The notes under the pieces: model-generated
Seen by the model: the letters and a program-made list of their open reading frames with translations, nothing else
Databases searched by the model: none
Told to the model about the DNA's origin: nothing
Made by a program: the position numbers and the translations under genes
From: Vulcanimicrobiota bacterium
GTDB taxonomy: Bacteria; Vulcanimicrobiota; Vulcanimicrobiia; Vulcanimicrobiales; Vulcanimicrobiaceae
Reading direction: 5' to 3'
Length of the DNA: 64,000 bases
Assembly: GCA_963714015.1 (NCBI GenBank)
Contig: OY970223.1
Coordinates: 2,272,001-2,336,000, forward strand
Shown here: positions 56,387-64,000 of the stretch, in pieces
How positions within the stretch are numbered: position 1 is the first letter of the stretch
Layout: every line of letters starts with the position of its first letter

Positions 56387-57544
56387 ATGGGACGCGCCGT
56401 ACTTGCGATGCTCTGTCTATTGCTTGCGGCCGCAGCAGGTGCCTCGGCCGCGATCCCCTTCCGGTTCGGCTTTTACCCTGCCGGACCACTCGACGGAATC
56501 ACCGATGTTCCCGGTGTCCGCGTCGCCAATTTGACAAAGGTCGAAGGCGCTTCGATCCGAACCGGCGCGACCGCGATTCTTCCGAATGCCGATCCTTGGA
56601 ACCACAAGGTCGCTGCTGCGGCGGTGCCGTTCAACGGCAACGGCGAAATGACGGGATCGCATTGGGTCAACGAGGCGGGGTATCTGGAAACGCCGATCGT
56701 GCTTACCGACACGTTGGATATCGGAAGGGCGGACGACGGCGTCGTGAGTTGGATGATCCGGCAGCATCCGCAGATCGGCCGGACCGACGACGTCCCGCTT
56801 CCGGTAGTCGCCGAGTGCGACGATCAACTCTTGAACGACATACAAGCGCGAGCCGTTTCCGCCGCCGATATCGTAACGCTTTTGGACCAATCTCGTCCGG
56901 CGCAGTTTGCGCGCGGCAGCGTAGGCGCCGGCACGGGCATGAAAGCCTTCGGGTTCAAAGCCGGAATCGGTTCTGCATCGCGCGTGCTTCCCAAGAATTT
57001 GGGCGGCTACACGATCGGCGTATTGGTAAACGACAATACCGGTTCGACGCGCGAGCAGCTCACGATCGACGGCGTGCACGTCGGCGAACGTCTCAAGGAT
57101 CAGTACCGCATGCAATTCCCGAAACGCGTTTCGATGCACGGCCGCATGGCTTCCGGAAGCATTATCATCGTCATCGCGACGGACGCGCCGCTCGACTCCC
57201 GGCAATTGCGCGCTGTGGCGTATAGAGCCGGGCTGGGCATGGCTCGAACCGGACTGACCAGCGACATCGGAAGCGGCGATCTCTTTCTGGCATTCAGCAC
57301 CGGGTACGTTTTCAACCGCGCCGGCAACTTCGACATACGCGCACCGGCAAAGGCGATTACCGAGGATGAGGATACGCTCAACGCGATCTACCGCGCGACT
57401 GCAGAGGCGACGGAGGCCGCTATCTACGACGCCCTGTTCAACGCCAAGACGATGACCGGACAGGGAGGCGCGACGGTCTACGGGCTGCCGGTCGATCGCG
57501 TTTTGCCGATGCTGCGCACCGCCGGAATAAGCGGAGCGCAATGA
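56387..57544 (+). CDS. P1/S58 (DmpA-like) aminopeptidase, secreted
   Basis: ITDVPGVRV, NGNGEMTG, GSVGAGTGM, KAGIGSASR, GSIIIVIATDAP, GSGD. Confidence 0.88.
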   Translation: MGRAVLAMLCLLLAAAAGASAAIPFRFGFYPAGPLDGITDVPGVRVANLTKVEGASIRTGATAILPNADPWNHKVAAAAVPFNGNGEMTGSHWVNEAGYLETPIVLTDTLDIGRADDGVVSWMIRQHPQIGRTDDVPLPVVAECDDQLLNDIQARAVSAADIVTLLDQSRPAQFARGSVGAGTGMKAFGFKAGIGSASRVLPKNLGGYTIGVLVNDNTGSTREQLTIDGVHVGERLKDQYRMQFPKRVSMHGRMASGSIIIVIATDAPLDSRQLRAVAYRAGLGMARTGLTSDIGSGDLFLAFSTGYVFNRAGNFDIRAPAKAITEDEDTLNAIYRATAEATEAAIYDALFNAKTMTGQGGATVYGLPVDRVLPMLRTAGISGAQ

Positions 57545-57558
57545 AGATATAGGTTCGA

Positions 57559-59203
57559 TTAACCGCGCAGCGCGAGAGCCGCGACGCGCAGCGCGTCGGC
57601 CGGCGCACGCGTAAATTCGAAGTCGCAGAGTGCGCGTCCAATCTCCGCCTGTACGCGGTTCGTAACGAACCACGGCGGCTTGGGAAGCAGCGAAAACTCT
57701 CCGGTGCGCAGACTTCGCGGGAACGGCGCGAACGGAGCGCGCACGACGGTTTTTTCAGTTTTTTCAAGCAAGTACGCGTTGTGCACGACGCCGATGCCGC
57801 TTTGTATGTCGCCGAGTGTGTGTCCGGGATAAGCGCCCCACGGCGCCTCGGTAATGAAGTAGCCGACACCGGTCCAAGCGTTGACGCCGATGCACCCATA
57901 CCGTAACGCCGCGACAGCGGCATCGATCTCCCTCGGGTAGCCGCGAAGCGTCGCCGGATCCGCGATAATGTTTGCGCCGAGCGTGCCGCGAAGAACGTCG
58001 TTTGAAAAGCCCACCGCTCGTGACAGAAACTCCGAAAGATCGCCGTCGAGCTCGAACGCAGGCGAGCACGCCGCAGAATGCCTCCGTCGAAAACGCCGGA
58101 TTGGTGACGTCCGACGCATCGACCTGGACAATCGGGCGCAGGGGCGAGGCCGCCCCCGCAATCGCAATACGGCGTTCGGCGGAGCCGGGATAATACTCCG
58201 GCCGCGGTTCCATGCGCGCGAACACCTGCGCGATCGCATCCAGCAGCGGTTCGCTCTGCTTCCAGCGCTTGGGCAAGATGAGCGTTTGCGCGGCAATGCA
58301 GTTGAACCCGGCGTTGTGCGCTTTCTGCGTTGCGACGTTTTCGGCTTGAAAGCGAATGTCGGCGTCACTCCAATCGCCCGGCACGACAATCGTTGGGCTG
58401 ACATTCCCCAGTTCGCTGGTGATTGGTTTTGCCGAGCCTACGCTCGCGGCGATGCGATCGTGCGTAGTCTCGCTGCCGGTGATGTGAATCTCGTCAACCG
58501 CCGCATGGCTGCACAAATACGCTCCTGCCGCGGCGTCTCCGTACGCGAAGCGCAAAAAGCCGTCATCGGCGAACGTCCGGAATGCGCGCTCCAAGATCGG
58601 TCCCAGGTACGCATTGACCGGGTTCATTTTGAGCATGCAAACGGCGCCGCCGGCGATGAGCTTGTAGAGTACGTCCAGCGGTGCAATGCTCGCGATGTTC
58701 CCCGCTCCCAATACCAGGGCGACGCGTCCCTCGGGCTGCGCCCGGCGGTAAAACGCCCCTGCTTGCGCCTGCGCGAGCTCCGCTGTAACGCCGGGCTGCA
58801 TCCAAACATCGGCCGTTATCCCACTGAGCAATAACCGATCGTACGCGTCGTGCGGAAAGACGCGCACGATGGTTCGGCCGCCGGCGCCGGCGCGCACCGC
58901 CGGCAACTGTGGTTCGCCCGCGACGTCAATCCAGCGGAGCGTGCGACGGTAGCGGTTCAACGCGTACAGCACGGCCCACGGCCCCGATATCCACTCCTCG
59001 CCCGCCGCCGCCGAATTGGGCAGCAGCCCCTTTGCATTGCAAGCCGAGTTCACCCAATCAGCTGCAAGTGCGTGGACGTTGCGCCGCACGTCGTCCAGCA
59101 TCGCGATCTTGCGGCCAATCGCGAGCCGCGCCCATGCGGTCTTTGCCGCCGTCAGCGTTTCGAGATCGCGATCCAACGATTCATACGCGCGCGCGGACTG
59201 CAT
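57559..59203 (-). CDS. Aldehyde dehydrogenase family protein; +1 frameshift near ~58060
   Basis: LGAGN, HITGS, SELGNVSP, NAGFNC, EAFCGVL; C-terminus LRYGCIGVNAW...PWGAYPGH in next frame. Confidence 0.85.
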
Positions 59204-59267
59204 GAAAGGCGCTTCTAATGCAACCGGCGCTCCCCTGGCAGGGTACTATCACGGTAGGAGGTCCGGC

Positions 59268-59492
59268 ATGAAACGAAAACGGCGCAAGCCCAAACTCGTG
59301 CCGCGCCTGGGGCCGGCGCAAAATTTACGGCCCGCGGGTGCCCACGAGTCAAGGAAACTCTACAACCGCAAACGACGGCATAAAGCCGCCCTCGAAGACT
59401 ACGTCGAGGACGGCTTTATCGTTTGTTGCGCGGGTCTTCTGCGGGCTAGCAGCGTCAGCAGCGCGAGCACTACGGCGGCCGCGATCATATAG
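59268..59492 (+). CDS. Small basic protein with internal terminator-like hairpin (candidate ArfA/BrfA-like)
   Basis: AGGAGG RBS; MKRKRRKPK...AGAHESRKLYNRKRRHK; hairpin 59380-59419 lies inside the ORF. Confidence 0.55.
   Translation: MKRKRRKPKLVPRLGPAQNLRPAGAHESRKLYNRKRRHKAALEDYVEDGFIVCCAGLLRASSVSSASTTAAAII
59380..59419. terminator. Hairpin with A/T flanks between convergent genes
   Basis: ATAAAGCCGcCCTCGA-agactacg-TCGAGGaCGGCTTTAT followed by CGTTTGTT. Confidence 0.65.
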
Positions 59493-59917
59493 ACTCGAAT
59501 CGATCCGAACGTGAAGATGCCTGGGCCTATCACCCGGTCCAGCGTGAAGCGCCCCATGCCGCCGAAATCGAGGGCCAGCGCGCCTCCGATCACCATTGCG
59601 GGGAGTTCCCAGCCGCCGTTGCTGCTGAAGAAGCCCTTGTTCAAGTGAACGGTAATGATCGCGACGAGCATCACCAGGATCACCAGGGCCGGTCCCAGCC
59701 CTCCCAGCAGCCCGAGCGCCAGCAAGAGACCGCCGATGAACTCGCCCAAACCTGCGGCGACCGCAAATACGACCCCCGGGTAGAATCCCAGGCTTTCCAT
59801 GAATTTGCCGGTGCCGGAGGGGCCGTAACCTCCGAACCACCCAAAGAGTTTCTGCGCGCCGTGTGCAGCGACGCCCAGGCCGATTATCAGACGTGCAATG
59901 AGGACTGCAGCACTCAT
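59399..59917 (-). CDS. DoxX family membrane protein
   Basis: RLIIG....HGAQKLFGWFGG.G..GT, GEFIGGLLL, HLNKGFF...GGWE. Confidence 0.9.
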   Translation of the reverse strand: MSAAVLIARLIIGLGVAAHGAQKLFGWFGGYGPSGTGKFMESLGFYPGVVFAVAAGLGEFIGGLLLALGLLGGLGPALVILVMLVAIITVHLNKGFFSSNGGWELPAMVIGGALALDFGGMGRFTLDRVIGPGIFTFGSIRVYMIAAAVVLALLTLLARRRPAQQTIKPSST

Positions 59918-60040
59918 TTGACTCGCTCCCTCTGTTGCCTACGAAAAGTAGCCTGTGTTACTATACGACTTAAGCGAGCTCGCGGTGTGGGCCAAAGGTT
60001 GGGCGGGTATAAGCCAATCCGTCCCGCTAAGGAGCTGCAA

Positions 60041-60262
60041 GTGAGCCGATTCCCCGCCGAGCTCGTCGTAACTTTGACCGACGGCCGTTGCATGACCGAG
60101 TACTTCAACCAAGCCGAGATGGCGCAATTCACGCGAAAGAACATGTTGGATCGGCTGCGGCGCGGTGAACCGCTCGTGGTTTTCGACGGAGAGGCCGTAG
60201 AGCTTCCGGCATCGCGCGTGGCGTCCGTCCAGGTGATCGTCCAAGACCTGCTTACCGTATAA
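60041..60262 (+). CDS. Small hypothetical protein
   Basis: AAGGAG RBS before GTG 60041; 73 aa. Confidence 0.5.
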   Translation: MSRFPAELVVTLTDGRCMTEYFNQAEMAQFTRKNMLDRLRRGEPLVVFDGEAVELPASRVASVQVIVQDLLTV

Positions 60263-60307
60263 CGCGAGCGCCGGGAGCTGCCGGACGCGCCCGGAAACCT
60301 TCGTGGT

Positions 60308-61853
60308 ATGCGGTGCGCTCTCGCTGTGCTTTGCGCGCTTTTGGCGGCGTGTTCCGGTAAACTTTATGGACCGTCGAGCGGATCGGCGCACGTGCTGCGC
60401 ATTGCGGATCTCTCCGATCCTTCGTCGCTGAATCCGCTGCTGGCGCACGATCAAGCGACGATCGGCTACGACCTGCTCTTCTGTCAGACGCTGGTCGGAT
60501 TGGACGCGCAAAACCAGCTGACGCCCGTCCTCATTACGGAGATTCCCACGCAGCGCAACGGCGGCATTTCGGCGGACGGTAAGCGGATTGTGTACCATCT
60601 GCGCCGCGGCGTGCGCTTTGCCGACGGCATCGAACTCACGTCGGCGGACGTCGCGTTCACCTATCGAGCTATCCTCGATTCACGCAATCCGGTTCTCTCC
60701 CAGGACGCGTACCGGCGAATCGCTTCACTGCAGACGCCGGATCGATATACGGTCGTCCTGCGGCTCAAACACCGCTGGAACGCGGCCGTGAGCGAGCTCT
60801 TCGCGCAGTCCGATTTCGCGTTCGGCATTTTGCCCGCGCATGCGTTCAAAGACACCGAATTGCTGCAGGCGAGCTGGGAGAATCACGCGTTCGGAAGCGG
60901 ACCGTTCCGCGTCGTGCAGTGGCGGCGTGGGGATCGCATCATCCTGGAACCCAATCGCTACTATTCGCCGGCGCCTAAACTGAAGCGGATAGTTCTGCAG
61001 ATGATTCCGGACGTGAATGCCGGACTCGTTGCCCTTCAGGCGCATGATGTGGACGTCGCGCCGGTTTACCCGGACCAGCTGAACGTTGCATCGCACGCGC
61101 CGGGCGTAAAGATCTTACGCACGCCTGAAAATGCCACTGTCTGGCTCACCATGCAGACTTTCAGCGCCGCCCGCGAATGACATCACGGTCCGACGCGCAA
61201 TTTCCGCCGCAATCGATCTGCGCACGATTCACGACCTGTTCCACGGAGTCTACCCGCCCGCCGGCTCTTTTCTGCCGCCCGTCATGCAGCCTTGGTACGA
61301 CTCGCGGATACGCCCGTACCGCTTCGATCCCGAGCAAGCGCGATCGTTGCTCCATGGGAGAACGGTGAACGCGCTACTGGTTATCGCAAACAACGGCGTC
61401 GACATCAGAACGGCGACCATCATTCAAGCCCAACTCGCCCGCGCCGGAATCCATGCTTCGGTCAAGCAGTTTCCGACGACCTTGTATAATGCGCCGGACG
61501 GTCCCGTTCGCAACGCGCGCTTTACGCTAACTATCGACGGCTGGCTGGGCGGCGCCGATCCCGAGCAATCGATTATCTTTCTTTGCTCGCAGGCGAATGT
61601 GGACGGCGACAATACCGGACGATATTGCGATCCGCGCTTTGAGGCGCTCTTTGCGGATCAGCAGTCGACGGCGTCGAGCTCGCGGCGGCTTGCAGATTTT
61701 CGGCAGATGCAGCAGCGGATCCACGAGCGGCTGCCGGTTCTTCCGCTGTACTACGAAATTTATTTCGACGGCATGCGTGAAGACGTTCGGGGATTCGCAC
61801 GCAACATGCTGCGTTATCCCGTGGCGCCCGAAACGTGGGACGCCGGGCCCTAA
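60308..61853 (+). CDS. Peptide ABC transporter substrate-binding lipoprotein (family 5); +1 frameshift near ~61170
   Basis: LAAC lipobox, SLNPLL, LRRGVRFADG..LTSADV.FT, GSGPF, VRRAIS.AID. Confidence 0.88.
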
Positions 61854-61867
61854 CCAGACTGGAAAAA

Positions 61868-62818
61868 TTAAGCGATAAGGTCGCGTTCCACCATTACGGT
61901 GCGGGGGTCGATGAGGTGCTTGTTCAGCCCGAGTTTCTCCGCCGGCACGCCCAATGCCAAAGCGACGAGTTGCGGCAGATGGAACGTCGGCAGATCCGTG
62001 CGTCCCCAGCGTGCGGCGGCGTCCTGCTGGTAGCCGTCCAATGCAAGGTGACACAGGGGACACGGCGTGATCACCGCTTCGGCGCCCTTGTCCTTGGCCA
62101 TGCGCATGTTCTGGCCGACCATTGAGGTCGCGACGCCCTCTTTCTCGAGTTGAATGTGGAAGCCGCAGCAGCGTGTCTTCCCGGCGTAATCGACCGGCTC
62201 ACCGCCCAGTGCGGAAATGAGGTCCTCGAGCGAGTGGGGGTTGCGCGCGGATTCCCAGCCGTTGACCTTTTCGGGCCGGATGATGTGGCAGCCGTAAAAC
62301 GGCGCGACGCGCAAGCCGTTCAGCGGGCGCACGACCATCGAGCGCAGGTTGTCCAAGCCGATGTCGTCGATGAGCATCCACAGCAAATGACGCACGATGA
62401 CGCTGCCGCCGTACTTTGCGCCGAACTTGCCGAGGATCGCGTTGGCCTGCGTCATGCGCTCTTCGCTTTCCAGCAGCTCTTTGTTCGCCAGGCGCATGTG
62501 GCCGGTACAGGTCGAGCAAATGGTGATGACGTCGTCCAAACCGAGGGCCTCGGCTTGCGCGTAGGTTCGCGCATTGAGCACTCGTCCGATATCGCGGTTG
62601 GTATCGTTGACAACCGACGCGCCGCAGCACGAGGCCGCGGTAAGTTCGATCAGCTCGATTCCCAGTTTGTCGGCCAGCAGCATCGTCGAATTGAAGAGCT
62701 CTTTGCAGCTCTCCTTCGCGACGCAGCCGGGGAAGAAGCCGTAGCGTTTCGTTTCAGCGCTGTGCGAGCGTTTGTGCGCATCGAGCGGCTGCTCTTCAGG
62801 AAGTAACGTTGCAGTCAT
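61868..62818 (-). CDS. CCG-domain (HdrB-like / type-E SQR SdhE-like) protein
   Basis: FFPGC, SCCGA, CSTC, FYGC, RCCG, TPCPLC: two cysteine-rich CCG domains. Confidence 0.88.
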   Translation of the reverse strand: MTATLLPEEQPLDAHKRSHSAETKRYGFFPGCVAKESCKELFNSTMLLADKLGIELIELTAASCCGASVVNDTNRDIGRVLNARTYAQAEALGLDDVITICSTCTGHMRLANKELLESEERMTQANAILGKFGAKYGGSVIVRHLLWMLIDDIGLDNLRSMVVRPLNGLRVAPFYGCHIIRPEKVNGWESARNPHSLEDLISALGGEPVDYAGKTRCCGFHIQLEKEGVATSMVGQNMRMAKDKGAEAVITPCPLCHLALDGYQQDAAARWGRTDLPTFHLPQLVALALGVPAEKLGLNKHLIDPRTVMVERDLIA

Positions 62819-62819
62819 G

Positions 62820-63779
62820 TCAGTCTACCGGAACCTCCAACGCGTCGAATATGGTGCGCACTTCGTCGATCTTGGGAATGGGTTTGAGGAACGGGGGCGG
62901 CAGTTTGCCCTTGACCGCCATGCGCAGGCCGAGCGGTGCGACGCTCAGCAGACCGCGAAAGTTGAAACGGCCGACCGTTCCTTGTATGACTTCCGTCTCC
63001 GCCAGCATGCCGGTCTTCTTGATCGTCTTGTTCACGATCATGGCGTGCCGCGGTCCGCGCTCGTCCATCATGACGCGAGCTTGGACCGTCGCCCGCTTCA
63101 CGTCGATGATCCGGTCGTTCGGATCGACGTGCTTGGGGCAGTACGAACACGCGTAGCAGTGCGCGCACAGCCAGAGATAATCTTCGTTGATTTGTGCCAG
63201 GCGCTCTTCGCGTTTGGCGTCGCGCACGTCTTCGATGAACCGGTACGCGTAAGCGATCGCCGCAGGACCCGCAAATGACGGATCGACGCTGACTACAGGG
63301 CAGAGCGCATAGCACGTCGCGCACATGACGCAATTTGCCACGTCGACGAGCTTCTTCATGTCTTCCGGGCTCACGCGGCGTTCGCGCGGATGGTCCTCGT
63401 CGCGATCTTTCGGCTGCAGATAGGGCTTGAGGCGCGTGTACTTGTCCCAGAACGGATCCATGTGCACGACGAGGTCGCGCATCGGCTGAAAATTGGGCAT
63501 CGGATCGATTTTGATCGCACCGTCGGCGTTCATCACCGTGTTGCAAGGGGTTTTGCACGCCAGGCCCGTGACGCCGTTGATGTTCATCGAACAAGATCCG
63601 CAGATCGCCGACCGGCAGGAGCGCCGGAAGCTGATCGATCCGTCCACCTCCGCTTTGGCCGCTTCGAGCGCGTCCAGCACGGTAGTGGTCTCGGGCACAT
63701 CGACGGTGACGAGGTCGCGGTGCGGAACCGCGTCGACCGCCTCGTCGAACCGGAAGATGTCTAATTTGATTTCAGCCAT
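62820..63779 (-). CDS. sdhB: Succinate dehydrogenase/fumarate reductase iron-sulfur subunit (long form)
   Basis: FRRSCRSAICGSC, LACKT, CVMCATCYALCP, CAHCYACSYCP. Confidence 0.92.
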   Translation of the reverse strand: MAEIKLDIFRFDEAVDAVPHRDLVTVDVPETTTVLDALEAAKAEVDGSISFRRSCRSAICGSCSMNINGVTGLACKTPCNTVMNADGAIKIDPMPNFQPMRDLVVHMDPFWDKYTRLKPYLQPKDRDEDHPRERRVSPEDMKKLVDVANCVMCATCYALCPVVSVDPSFAGPAAIAYAYRFIEDVRDAKREERLAQINEDYLWLCAHCYACSYCPKHVDPNDRIIDVKRATVQARVMMDERGPRHAMIVNKTIKKTGMLAETEVIQGTVGRFNFRGLLSVAPLGLRMAVKGKLPPPFLKPIPKIDEVRTIFDALEVPVD

Positions 63780-63782
63780 TAT

Positions 63783-64000
63783 CTAGTAAGTCCGGACCTC
63801 CGGTTGCCACTTGGTGATGGTGACTTTGCGTGAATAATCCAGACGGGGATTGTTCCCGTCCTGACGCCAAGCCAACGTGTGTAGGAGCCAATTGCGGTCG
63901 TCGCGCTCCGGGTAATCCGTGCGAGCCTGCGCTCCGCGGGACTCTTTACGGGCCAGCGCACCGCTCGCCACGCACATCGCGGCGTCGATCAGATAGTCCG
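63783..64000 (-). CDS. sdhA: Succinate dehydrogenase/fumarate reductase flavoprotein subunit, C-terminal part (truncated by window)
   Basis: ALARKESRGA..R.DYPERDD.NWL.HT...R.Y. Confidence 0.88.
   Translation of the reverse strand, partial: DYLIDAAMCVASGALARKESRGAQARTDYPERDDRNWLLHTLAWRQDGNNPRLDYSRKVTITKWQPEVRTY

Noticed and set aside
62815..63594. 259-aa ORF overlapping sdhB
   Set aside because: Alternate-frame shadow of the motif-bearing sdhB frame

Overview
GC-rich bacterial chromosomal window; gene repertoire is suggestive of Ca. Eremiobacterota/Vulcanimicrobiota (inference, not database-checked). It holds: a rearranged S10-spc-alpha ribosomal protein cluster (starts at rplC; no rpsJ, rpmD or infA; a ~12 kb accessory block splits rpsM from rpsK), trpDCFBA, a complete 16S-23S-5S rRNA operon, and mixed metabolic/signalling genes ending in an sdhA-sdhB-CCG (HdrB-like) cluster. 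Most notable: (1) a family of ~100-nt structured repeat elements with compensatory base changes at five junctions of the ribosomal operon (7 full or partial copies), several carrying mini-ORFs that bridge the upstream stop to the downstream start; (2) a 23S rRNA gene interrupted three times: ORF-less group I introns at E. coli-equivalent positions 1931 and 2500 plus a ~183-nt stem-closed intervening sequence; (3) a small basic ORF with an internal terminator-like hairpin resembling ArfA/BrfA-type ribosome rescue factors. At least 11 genes, including essential rpsK, show a +1 frameshift, which most likely reflects single-base insertion errors in the assembly rather than biology.
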